64,000 bases of DNA from a bacterium (lineage in GTDB: Bacteria; UBA8248): assembly GCA_963692865.2 (NCBI GenBank), contig OY843592.1, forward strand, positions 2,816,001 to 2,880,000. The letters run 5' to 3'. The stretch's first letter is position 1; each line of letters starts with the position of its first letter. The notes under the pieces are model-generated. The model searched no databases and was not told the DNA's origin. It saw nothing but the letters and a program-made list of their open reading frames with translations. This document shows, in pieces, positions 19,437 to 28,525 of this stretch. The position numbers were made by a program, and so were the translations under genes.

Positions 19437-20054
19437 ATGAAACGTCAAAAACACCGCACCCTTTCGACAGCCGTCATGGCCGCCGTGTTGAGCCTCGGCC
19501 TCGCCGGCGCGTCCTGGGCCGCAAACGGAGAATCTTCCCGGGAGGCCGCGCCGAATTTCCCGCAAATGATCGAACAAATGGAAAAGATGATGGAAGGCGT
19601 GCATTTCATGGGTCCCCGCCACCGGGGACGCCGGGGAATGCGCGGCCCGATGCCTTACTCGGCGCGCCCGCTGGTTTCCATCGCGCTGAGGAACCACGAA
19701 GAGCTCAAGCTCACCGACGATCAGGTGAAACGCCTGAAGGACATCCGGGACGCGTTTTCCAAGAAGTCGGTCAAGGAGCGCGCCGAGATGAAGACCCGCA
19801 GAATCGACCTCAAGCGCGCGCTCGACGCCGAAAAGATCGACCTCGCCGGCGTGGAGAAGAAAATACGCGAGATTTCCACGATGCGAGCGGATTTGAGGAT
19901 TGCGCGCCTCAAGGCGATTCAGGAGGGAAGGTCCGTCCTGAACGCGGAGCAGCAGAAGCAGTTGTCGAAGATCGCCCGGAAACGCCGGGGCCCCGGGTTC
20001 CGTAAGCAGATGTTCAAAGGCCCGGACTCCGGGAACCGGCCCCAGACTTACTAG
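19437..20054 (+). CDS. Spy/CpxP/ZraP-family periplasmic protein
   Basis: Signal peptide, Met-rich segment, LTDDQ and LNAEQ motifs. Confidence 0.8.
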   Translation: MKRQKHRTLSTAVMAAVLSLGLAGASWAANGESSREAAPNFPQMIEQMEKMMEGVHFMGPRHRGRRGMRGPMPYSARPLVSIALRNHEELKLTDDQVKRLKDIRDAFSKKSVKERAEMKTRRIDLKRALDAEKIDLAGVEKKIREISTMRADLRIARLKAIQEGRSVLNAEQQKQLSKIARKRRGPGFRKQMFKGPDSGNRPQTY

Positions 20055-20066
20055 ACATCCCGACGC

Positions 20067-20098
20067 CCCGGGGCATGGCGTGAAAACCATGCCCCGGG
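20067..20098 (+). terminator. Strong hairpin after the spy-like gene
   Basis: 12-bp stem CCCGGGGCATGG/CCATGCCCCGGG; weak U tract. Confidence 0.45.
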
Positions 20099-20125
20099 CT
20101 TCCGGGCCCATCGGTTGGAGCCGCC

Positions 20126-20275
20126 ATGTGGATTTTGATGTATGAGGTATACGCCGGTTACGATCTGCTCGATTTCGCCCTGGCGGGCGCCATCCTCGTC
20201 GTTTCGGGGATGGTTTGCCTTCTCCTGAGAGAACTCCGGCGGGATGATTTCCTGAACGTCGCCTCACCCGAATAG
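20126..20275 (+). CDS. 49-aa single-TM small protein (below ORF-track cutoff)
   Basis: GGAG-N5-ATG; MWILMYEVYAGYDLLDFALAGAILVVSGMVCLLLRELRRDDFLNVASPE. Confidence 0.5.
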   Translation: MWILMYEVYAGYDLLDFALAGAILVVSGMVCLLLRELRRDDFLNVASPE

Positions 20276-20293
20276 TACGGATCCCCCCCTAAA

Positions 20294-20748
20294 GAGCTAT
20301 TAAAAAGTCCAATGAAAGAGGATTGCAGGTTTTGTAGGGACAGGTCGCGACCTGTCCCTACGGTCGGTGGCGGTCCTTCCCTCTTGGGTCAGAACCGACT
20401 TCTCGGGATCCACGACGAATTTGATTTTGTTCGTCATTCCGGCGCATGCCGGAATCCAGGGACTTTGCCTTTGTTTTTTTGTTTCTTCCGTATTTCCGCC
20501 AATGAGTGGGGGATGAAAGCCGGAGCGTCGCCATTCTCCTCGGCTCTGGATTCCGGCATGCGCCGGAATGACGGCTTCATGGTTCGGTTCGACGCATGCG
20601 CCGGATTGTAGGGATCGCATATATGCGACCCGCATTGTGAAGGCAAAAAGGCAGGGCCGCATGTATGTCGGACATATATGTCCGACCTACACTCACTTGG
20701 GCAAGGCGGAATCCTATTGCCGGCATTGCAGGCTTTTTCAACAACCCC
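20294..20748. mobile_element. Composite MITE-like element containing GTAG and CGTC REPs
   Basis: Degenerate left end AGCTATTAAAAAGTCC, right end GGCTTTTTCAACAACC; 28-bp perfect palindrome 20334-20361, CGTC doublet 20432-20573, GTAG doublet 20608-20690. Confidence 0.65.
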
Positions 20749-20767
20749 TTGAAAACCGGATTGAAAC

Positions 20768-21592
20768 TCACAGCAGCGCCTCTTCCGTCATCTCTCCTTC
20801 GTAGACGAGCCGGGTCTCCCCTTCCATGTAGACGTCGCGCACATCCGCGCCTGCGCCCTCGAAATATATCTTGAGAATCTCGCCGCTTCTTACGTTTACG
20901 TCCACGGGAGCGCTCACCAGCCCGCGCGTAGCGGCGAGTATCGCCGTCGCCACGGCGCCCGTGCCGCATGCCAGGGTCTCGTTCTCCACGCCCCGCTCAT
21001 AGGTTCTTAAGATTACCGAATTCTCCCCGCTCACCCGGGCGAAGTTCGCATTCGCGCCCGCGGGCGCAAAGGCATCGTGCGTGCGGATCGCCCGGCCATC
21101 CGCCACGATCTCGACATTCTCCACGTCGTCGGTGAACTCCACCGCATGGGGGACACCCGTATTCATGTGATCCGCCAGAACTTCTCTCCCGTTGATATCG
21201 AGCTTGATGCCGACGCGGTAATCAAACGGCTGGGTCATCCGCAGCTTGACTTTTGAGCCGTTCATCGTCGCGTCGATGACGCCCGCGATGGTCTCGAACG
21301 ACACCGAATCCGCGGCGATACCCAACTCCCTCGCGAAGCGCGCGGCGCAGCGCCCGCCGTTTCCGCACATCTCGCCCTCGGAGCCGTCTGCGTTGAAGAA
21401 GCGCCACTTGAAATCGGCCCGCTCGCTCGGTTCGATGAACATCAACCCGTCGGCGCCCACGGACTGGCCCCTGCGGCAGACTCTCTTGACGAAATCGATC
21501 ATCTCATCGGCCTGGTGCTCCAGTTTCCTGTTGTCGATGAATATGAAGTCGTTGCCGCTTCCGCTGAACTTGGTGAATGCGATTTTGCTCAC
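20768..21592 (-). CDS. dapF: Diaminopimelate epimerase
   Basis: GSGNDF, EMCGNGGRC, GVPH, ERGVENETLACGTG. Confidence 0.97.
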   Translation of the reverse strand: MSKIAFTKFSGSGNDFIFIDNRKLEHQADEMIDFVKRVCRRGQSVGADGLMFIEPSERADFKWRFFNADGSEGEMCGNGGRCAARFARELGIAADSVSFETIAGVIDATMNGSKVKLRMTQPFDYRVGIKLDINGREVLADHMNTGVPHAVEFTDDVENVEIVADGRAIRTHDAFAPAGANANFARVSGENSVILRTYERGVENETLACGTGAVATAILAATRGLVSAPVDVNVRSGEILKIYFEGAGADVRDVYMEGETRLVYEGEMTEEALL

Positions 21593-22866
21593 GGGATCCG
21601 CCTTTCTTCGATGAATGCCGGTATATGCTCGCCGCGTACGAGGTCGTCGTACGTCTCGCGCTCCCTGATGATATGATACTCCGCCCCGCGCACAAGAATC
21701 TCGGGCGGCCGGGGGCGCGAATTGTAGTTCGACGCCATGGTGAAGCCGTACGCGCCCGAACTCATGACGGCCACCAGATCGTCGCGGTGAAGCTCGGGCA
21801 GATCGCGGTCCTTGGCCAGATAGTCCCCGCTCTCGCATACGGGACCCACCAGGTCCGTAACATGCTTCGGCCTCTCCCGCGCCGCCTCCTCCACGGGCCA
21901 CACGTCCTGGAAGGCCTGATAGAGGCTGGGTCGGATCAAGTCGTTCATGCCGGCGTCGATGATGACGAAGCGTTTCTCCGGGTTTTCCTTCTCGTACAGC
22001 ACGCGCGTGACGAGAACCCCTGCGTTGCCCGTGATGACGCGGCCCGGCTCGAAAATCAGCGTGCATCCCAAATCCTGGAGCTTCGGCAATATGGCCGCCG
22101 CGTAATCTTTCGGCAGCGGCGGCGCCTCGTCGTGATAGGTGATGCCGAGGCCGCCGCCCAGGTTCAGGTAGCGGATGTCGTGGCCGTCGCCGCGCAACTC
22201 ACGCACCAGGCGCGCCACGATTTCCACCGAATCGGCGAACGGGCTGCTCGATGTTATCTGGCTTCCGATATGGCAATGCACGCCGGAGGGTTCAACGCCT
22301 TCGAGCTTCGCGGCCGTCCGGTACTGCTCCCGCGCCCGGTTGATGTCGATGCCGAACTTGCTCTTCTTGAGGCCGGTGGTGATGTAGGGATGGGTCTGGG
22401 GGTCGACGTCGGGGTTCACCCGAATCGCGACCTGCGCCTGCTTGCCCTCCCGGCTCGCCACCGCGGCGATGTTCACCAACTCCTCCTCGCTCTCCACGTT
22501 GAAGAGTAGCACGCCCTTTTCGAGCGCGTAGGCGATCTCCTCGTCCGACTTGCCGACGCCCGCGAACACGACCCGATCGAGGGGCAGCCCGGCCTTCACC
22601 GCGCGGAACAACTCGCCTCCCGAAACGATGTCCAGCCCGCCGCCCATCGCGCCGAACAGCCGGAGAATCGCCAGGTTCGAATTGCTCTTCATGGCGAAGC
22701 AGATGAGGTGCGGGACGGATGCGAACGCCTCGTCGAAGACGCGGAAATGCCTCGTAAGCGTCTCGTGGCTGTAGGCGTAAAAAGGCGTTCCCACCTCCTC
22801 CGCCAGCTGCGTCAGGGATACGCCCTCGGCGCACAACTCTCCGTCTTTGTAGTCAAAATGGTGCAT
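21589..22866 (-). CDS. lysA: Diaminopimelate decarboxylase
   Basis: FAMKSNSN, SGGEL, HCHIGSQI, GPVCESGD. Confidence 0.97.
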   Translation of the reverse strand: MHHFDYKDGELCAEGVSLTQLAEEVGTPFYAYSHETLTRHFRVFDEAFASVPHLICFAMKSNSNLAILRLFGAMGGGLDIVSGGELFRAVKAGLPLDRVVFAGVGKSDEEIAYALEKGVLLFNVESEEELVNIAAVASREGKQAQVAIRVNPDVDPQTHPYITTGLKKSKFGIDINRAREQYRTAAKLEGVEPSGVHCHIGSQITSSSPFADSVEIVARLVRELRGDGHDIRYLNLGGGLGITYHDEAPPLPKDYAAAILPKLQDLGCTLIFEPGRVITGNAGVLVTRVLYEKENPEKRFVIIDAGMNDLIRPSLYQAFQDVWPVEEAARERPKHVTDLVGPVCESGDYLAKDRDLPELHRDDLVAVMSSGAYGFTMASNYNSRPRPPEILVRGAEYHIIRERETYDDLVRGEHIPAFIEERRIP

Positions 22867-22907
22867 TCTGAAAGCTCACTTTCTGAGTCCCGCCAGGTGC
22901 CGGGTTG

Positions 22908-23024
22908 TCATAAACTCCCGGCGACCGGACTCCTGGGAGGTTTCGGCGGTCCCTTGACGCCGCAACCCGCAGCCATGCAGGCAATCGCGACCATCAGGAC
23001 GCCCACCATTAAAATTCTCTTCAT
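22908..23024 (-). CDS. Small lipoprotein, YifL/LptM family
   Basis: Lipobox AAGC then GVKGPPKPP (CGxKGPxxxP); position upstream of lysA/dapF. Confidence 0.75.
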   Translation of the reverse strand: MKRILMVGVLMVAIACMAAGCGVKGPPKPPRSPVAGSL

Positions 23025-23028
23025 CACC

Positions 23029-24456
23029 CTATATTCCCAATCGTTTTCTCTCGGCGCGAATCTGCGCCCGTACGCTTCTCCTGGAGGCTCCCCCCGCGCT
23101 GTTTCTCGCGCGCAGGGATTTCTCCAAAGCCGTTTCCGCCAAATCATTCACGTTGATTCGGGAGTCCGCTTCTTCCAGATCCCCGGCGCTCAACTCCCCG
23201 AGGGCCACCCCCTTCTCGACCGCGATCCGCACGGCGCGTCCCGCCGCTTCGTGCGCCTCTCTGAACGGAATCCCGCGCCGCACCATCGCGTCCGCCAGGT
23301 CCGTCGCCGTCATGTACCCGCCCTCCGCCGCCTTGGCCATCGCCTCCGGCCTGAACCGCATGGATTCGACCATGGGCGCCATGACCTCCAGGGAGGCCAG
23401 CAGGGTATCCGCGGCGTCGAACAGGGATTCCTTGTCCTCCTGCATGTCGCGGTTATAGGTGAGCGGCAGCCCCTTCATCAAGGTGAGCAGGGCGATGAAA
23501 TCCCCAACCACGCGCCCGCTCTTGCCCCGGACGATCTCGGCCACGTCCGGGTTTTTCTTCTGGGGCATCAAGGAGCTGCCCGTCGCGAACGAATCCGCAA
23601 GCTCGACGAAACCGAACTCCCCGCTCGCCCATAGGATGATCTCCTCCCCCAGGCGGCTCAAGTGCATCATCGAGATGGCGGCGGCGGACGCGAACTCCAG
23701 CGCGAAATCGCGATCGCTCACCGCGTCCATGCTGTTCTCCGCAACCGAGGCGAACCCGAGCTTTCTCGCCACCATTTTCCTGTCGATGGGGTGGCTCGCG
23801 CCCGCAAGCGCTCCCGCACCCAGCGGCAGGACGTTCACGCGCTCTCGAACTTCGGTGAGACGCTCCCCGTCGCGCCTGAGCATCTGGGAATACGCGAGCA
23901 GATGATGCGCCGGCGAGACGGGCTGCGCTCGCTGTAAGTGCGTGTAGCCGGGCATCACGGTGCCGGCGTGCGCCTCCGCCTGCGCGAGCAGGGCGCGCCT
24001 GAGCGCAAGCAGCGCATCCTGAATCTCGTCGATCCGGCTTCTGAGCCACAGCCTGAGCGAGGTGGCCACCTGGTCGTTCCGGCTCCGCGCGGTGTGCAGC
24101 CTGCCTCCGGCGGGGCCGATGCGCTCCGTGAGCGCCGCCTCGACGTTCATGTGCACGTCTTCGAGCTCGGCACGGAACTCGAACGCGCCCGCCTCCACCT
24201 CTCTTAAAATGACCTTGAGGCCCGTGACGATGGCGCGGGCGTCCTTTTTCGCAATGATTTCCTGCGCCCCCAGCATTTCCGCGTGCGCGATGGAAGCCAA
24301 GACGTCAAACGTCGCCAGGCGGTAGTCGAACGAAACGCTCTCGGTGAAGGCCTCCACGCGCGCGTCCGTACTCCCCTGGAACCTCCCGCCCCAGGGTTTT
24401 CGGGACTTCGTCTTCGGAGACTTCGCAACTCGCTTCGCCATTTTCTTACGTCCCAT
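23029..24456 (-). CDS. argH: Argininosuccinate lyase
   Basis: WGGRF, RSRNDQV, PGYTHLQRAQP, GSSLMPQKKNPD. Confidence 0.97.
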   Translation of the reverse strand: MGRKKMAKRVAKSPKTKSRKPWGGRFQGSTDARVEAFTESVSFDYRLATFDVLASIAHAEMLGAQEIIAKKDARAIVTGLKVILREVEAGAFEFRAELEDVHMNVEAALTERIGPAGGRLHTARSRNDQVATSLRLWLRSRIDEIQDALLALRRALLAQAEAHAGTVMPGYTHLQRAQPVSPAHHLLAYSQMLRRDGERLTEVRERVNVLPLGAGALAGASHPIDRKMVARKLGFASVAENSMDAVSDRDFALEFASAAAISMMHLSRLGEEIILWASGEFGFVELADSFATGSSLMPQKKNPDVAEIVRGKSGRVVGDFIALLTLMKGLPLTYNRDMQEDKESLFDAADTLLASLEVMAPMVESMRFRPEAMAKAAEGGYMTATDLADAMVRRGIPFREAHEAAGRAVRIAVEKGVALGELSAGDLEEADSRINVNDLAETALEKSLRARNSAGGASRRSVRAQIRAERKRLGI

Positions 24457-24580
24457 TGTGATTCACTCAGCACCCGGAACCTGTGCCCAAGTGCGCAAAG
24501 AGAACTGCTTACACGATAGCGGGCGGTAAGGGCAACCAAGGGAAACGGAAATCAGGGAGGATCGCCCCGCCCCGCTTGCG

Positions 24581-25410
24581 GGCTGTTGAAAAAGTCCCTT
24601 GCGGTTCGTTCACGCAGGTGGCCTTTGATCGTCATTCCGGCGAATGCCGGAATCCATTTGCGGATGCGGGTGAATGAACGACGGCGTTTCATTCCCCACC
24701 GATGCGCGGGAACCCTGATGAAAGGCAAAAGGCATAAAATGGATTCCGGCTTTCGCCGGAATGACGAACAAAATTGCGCCACCTCTTGTAGCGGGCCGTT
24801 CTTGTGAACGGCCCAAGGCCCCCGTGCCTGTCCGCTATGTTTTGCGCCTCTTCTCGTCTGTCCGCCGTATCGCCTCACCCTGGGTAACGGCCCCTTGACT
24901 TCGCTCGGGGCAGGCTCCGCTGCCTCCCGACCTTCCGCACCCTGAGTAGCCGCCGAAGGCGGCGTATCGAAGGGCGAAATTCGCGCCTCCGATGGAGAAG
25001 CTCCTCCCATCCTTCGATACGGCGCTTACGCGCCTACTCAGGACGAGGGTTCGGGGCGCTTTCTCGGGATGAGGGCGTCAAGCGTTCTGCGCAGCCCGAT
25101 GCCGCGCGATGGAGGAATCCCGACCGGCGCGGCTGCGGACTTCGTCCCTGCCTTGCTGCCGGACTTTCCCCTACGGAAGCCCGACCCTCAAGGGGCCGTT
25201 GAAAAACCCCTAGACGGAAATCCTTCGTTCGCGGAGGCGGCCTTTGATCGTCATTCCGGGGGGGCAAAGCCCTCGGAGAGGAAAAGCGGGTTCGTCTGAT
25301 GGCCCTGCGCAGGGCGCGATGGTTTTCTGTAGGGACAGGTCGCGACCTGTCCCTACGGTGAACAATTCGATGATTGGGATGCCCTCCCCCTTGAGGCTTT
25401 TTCAGCAACC
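24581..25410. mobile_element. Non-autonomous 830-bp element with inverted ends and 9-bp target duplication, filled with REP-like repeats
   Basis: Ends GGCTGTTGAAAAA / TTTTTCAGCAACC; flanked by CCGCTTGCG at 24572-24580 and 25411-25419. Confidence 0.75.
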
Positions 25411-25497
25411 CCGCTTGCGGGCGTGCGCCGCATCTTCTAGGATGCCTTCCGCGAAGCCCATTATAAAACCTTTCGACTGCTCTTTGGGAAAACGCAT

Positions 25498-26778
25498 TTG
25501 GAACGACTACATCGTCTCTTCCCAGCCAGACACTGGATCTTCATCGTCTCCGCTTTCGTTCTCCTGGGGCTCTTTTCGGGCCTCAATTTTCTTTTCGGCG
25601 TTTTCCTCAATCCACTGGTAGATGAATTCGACTGGACCCGCTCGACGGCCTCGGCGGCTTTTTCCATCAACATGTTCATGATTGCGTTCTGCTCGATAAT
25701 TGCGGGCGGTTTCTCCGACAAATTCGGCACGAGGCCCGTGCTGATCGTCGGGATCCTGATCTCCGGCGGTTCGCTGCTTCTCTCCTTCTTCATCCAGAAC
25801 CTGTGGCACTACTTCCTGTTCACCGGCGTGATGGCGGGCACGGGACGCGCCGCCATCGCAACGCCCGTGCAGGCCTTCATACAGCGCAACCTGACGAGAC
25901 ACCGGGGTCTGGCCACCGGTCTGGCCGGCTCGGGCACGGGTCTCGGCATATTGATTCTGGCGCCCCTCACCGGTTATTTCATCAGCAATTACGGATGGAG
26001 AAACTCCTATCTCTACCTCGGCGTCATTTTCTTCGTTCTCGCCATACCCGCGGCCATGTCCCTCAAGCCGCAAAAAAGGCCTCAGGCTACCGGCGGCGAC
26101 TCCGCCGGTTCCCCGGCCAAACCGGAAGAAACCGCCCCGATCCTTCCCGAAGCGTCCTTAGGGATGCGCGAAATCCTCAAACGCAGGCCCTTCTGGATGA
26201 TCATTTCGAGCCACGCCACCGACTGCATCTGCCACTCGGTGCTCATCGTTCACCTGGTGCCGATAGCGATTGAAGCGGGCATCCCCCACATACAGGCGGC
26301 GGGCCTCGTGGGCGTCATGGGTCTGGGGACGCTCATCGGCCGAATCGGCCTGGGCGTACTGGCGGACCGCATCGGGTCGAAATGGGCGTTGTTCACCACG
26401 CTGGTGACGCAGACGCTGCCGGTGCCCCTGCTGCTGTGGACGGATTCTCCATTCGTTTTCTACGTCATCGCCCTCATGGTCGGGACGGGCATGGGAGGCC
26501 ACGGGACGATGTACCCGATGGTCACGCGCGAATACTACGGCACCAGAAGAGTGGGCATCCTGTACGGGGCCTTCATTTCAGGCGCCAGTTCGGGAATGGC
26601 CACGGGCGGATTTCTGGGCGGGCTGCTGCACGATCTGACGGGCGACTACACGCTCTCCATCCTGCTCAGCTTCACGGCCGGAGTCGCCTCGCTGCTGTTC
26701 GTGCTCGCCTACCCTTCCGGAGAAAAACCGATCAGAAAAGGGGACGTGGCGCACACCGTCGCCCAGCCCGCGGGGTGA
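25498..26778 (+). CDS. MFS transporter (oxalate/formate or monocarboxylate-like)
   Basis: About 12 hydrophobic segments; GGFSDKFGTR and GVLADRIGSK motif A copies. Confidence 0.9.
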   Translation: MERLHRLFPARHWIFIVSAFVLLGLFSGLNFLFGVFLNPLVDEFDWTRSTASAAFSINMFMIAFCSIIAGGFSDKFGTRPVLIVGILISGGSLLLSFFIQNLWHYFLFTGVMAGTGRAAIATPVQAFIQRNLTRHRGLATGLAGSGTGLGILILAPLTGYFISNYGWRNSYLYLGVIFFVLAIPAAMSLKPQKRPQATGGDSAGSPAKPEETAPILPEASLGMREILKRRPFWMIISSHATDCICHSVLIVHLVPIAIEAGIPHIQAAGLVGVMGLGTLIGRIGLGVLADRIGSKWALFTTLVTQTLPVPLLLWTDSPFVFYVIALMVGTGMGGHGTMYPMVTREYYGTRRVGILYGAFISGASSGMATGGFLGGLLHDLTGDYTLSILLSFTAGVASLLFVLAYPSGEKPIRKGDVAHTVAQPAG

Positions 26779-26789
26779 GGCGCATTTTC

Positions 26790-26995
26790 GAACCGTCCCT
26801 TGATTCGGATGTGTGTTCTCGGTCGTCATTCCACGTCCTACCTGATCCGACAGGCCCCGTCGTCGCATTTACGCCCCAGTGCTCAAGGCCGGTGAAGTCA
26901 ATCCGCCCGGTGAGCGCCTCCAGGTTGATGGTGAGGTCCGCGGCGCCTGCAAGCGATTCCGATTCGGAAGTGAACCCCAGGAGACGTCTTGACCA
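26790..26995 (-). pseudogene. Fragment of a beta-barrel (transferrin-binding-protein-like) surface protein gene
   Basis: Startless frame WSRRLLGFTSESESLAGAADLTINLEALTGRIDFTGLEHWG...GRTWND with amphipathic beta-strand pattern; family recalled from memory only. Confidence 0.35.
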
Positions 26996-27010
26996 GCTTG
27001 CGTTAAATAC

Positions 27011-27112
27011 TCTACGCGCAACATTTTAGGGGTTACGCGCCAAATATTTCGCGCATATAGTTGAAAGTTGCGCGTAGATGCTTTAAGTTGCGCGTGTAAA
27101 TATACGCGCAAT
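27011..27112. promoter_or_regulatory. Operator-like array of TACGCGCAA boxes upstream of fic
   Basis: Six exact or degenerate copies in both orientations at 27011, 27033, 27048, 27067, 27087, 27101. Confidence 0.6.
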
Positions 27113-27124
27113 TTGGAGAGAAAC

Positions 27125-28525
27125 GTGGCAAGGCAAATTCCAGAAGAAAACCTGCGAGCGATAGAGGAGGTCGTTCGAGGACACCCGGATGACATGACCG
27201 CGCAGCAAATCAGCGAGGCGCTGAAGTCCGCTCCGCCGCGCCGTACCCTGCAATACCGCCTCAAGTCCCTCGTCGACGCCAAGCGTCTGCTCATGAAGGG
27301 CTCGGGCCGCTGGGCGCGCTACGGCGTACCAAGAGAGATTCCGCTGGAGTTCCAAGCGACTGCAGGATTCCCCGAGGTCAAAATGCGGCTCGATGTCCTG
27401 CCGTCACTCTCCGAGCCCGGCGCCGAGATTCAGGAGTATGTTCACCGACCACCCGAGTCACGTAAACCGGTCGGCTATAACCGGGAGTTCCTTTATTCAT
27501 ACAGGCCCAACGACACCTTCTATCTCTCAGAGACAGAGCGGGCGCACCTCCACGAGGTCGGCAGACCGGAGATGGAAACGCAGCCGGCCGGGACCTATAT
27601 CAAGAAGGTTTTGAACAGGCTGCTGATCGATCTGGCCTGGAACTCGAGCCGCCTCGAGGGAAACACCTATTCTCTTCTTGATACTACACGTCTGCTTGAA
27701 CTTGGTGAGGAAGCGGAAGGAAAAGAACGACATGAAGCGCAGATGATCCTCAACCACAAGGAAGCGATCGAGTTTCTCGTCGATTCGGCGGAGGAAATCG
27801 GATTCAATCGCCACACAATTCGCAACCTTCACGCGATTCTCGCGGAGAACCTGCTCGCCGATCCGGATGCGGCGGGCCGACTCCGGAATATCGCCGTCGG
27901 TATCGGAGGCTCGGTCTTCCATCCACTGGAGGTACCACAGCTTATCGAAGAGTGCTTCGATCAGATACTTGCTACTGCCTCCGCGATCATCGATCCTTTT
28001 GAGCAGGCCTTCTTCGTAATGGTGCAGCTTCCCTATTTACAGCCGTTCGACGATGTCAACAAGCGGGTATCGCGACTCGCCGCGAACATTCCGCTGATCA
28101 AAGAGAATCTCTCGCCTTTGTCCTTCGAGGATGTATCCCGGGAACTTTACGCTGAAAGCGTGCTCGGCGTGTACGAGCTCAACCGCATCGAATTGCTTCG
28201 CGACGTGTTTATCTGGGCCTATAAACGCTCCGCCGCTCGCTACGTCGCCGTGCAACAATCTCTAGGTGAACCCGATCCGTTCCGGATGCGGCACCGGACA
28301 TCGCTGCGTGAGGTGGTCGGTGAAGTCGTTCGCGGGCGCATGGATAAGAAGCAAGCCACCGTCCACGTCAGCGCGTGGGCACAGGAACACGTTGACCTGC
28401 AGGAACGCGAACGGTTTCGCGAGGTCGCTGAAAGGGAGCTTCTGGGTCTGCACGAGGGCAACTTTGCGCGTTACCGGATTAGTCCATCGGAGTTCGATAC
28501 CTGGCAACAGGGTTGGAGCAAGTAA
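27125..28525 (+). CDS. Fic/Fido-family protein with N-terminal HTH-like domain and non-canonical motif
   Basis: WNSSRLEGNT, YLQPFDDVNKRVSR; N-terminal RRTLQYRLKSLV...GSGRWARY; GGAG RBS before GTG. Confidence 0.88.
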   Translation: MARQIPEENLRAIEEVVRGHPDDMTAQQISEALKSAPPRRTLQYRLKSLVDAKRLLMKGSGRWARYGVPREIPLEFQATAGFPEVKMRLDVLPSLSEPGAEIQEYVHRPPESRKPVGYNREFLYSYRPNDTFYLSETERAHLHEVGRPEMETQPAGTYIKKVLNRLLIDLAWNSSRLEGNTYSLLDTTRLLELGEEAEGKERHEAQMILNHKEAIEFLVDSAEEIGFNRHTIRNLHAILAENLLADPDAAGRLRNIAVGIGGSVFHPLEVPQLIEECFDQILATASAIIDPFEQAFFVMVQLPYLQPFDDVNKRVSRLAANIPLIKENLSPLSFEDVSRELYAESVLGVYELNRIELLRDVFIWAYKRSAARYVAVQQSLGEPDPFRMRHRTSLREVVGEVVRGRMDKKQATVHVSAWAQEHVDLQERERFREVAERELLGLHEGNFARYRISPSEFDTWQQGWSK

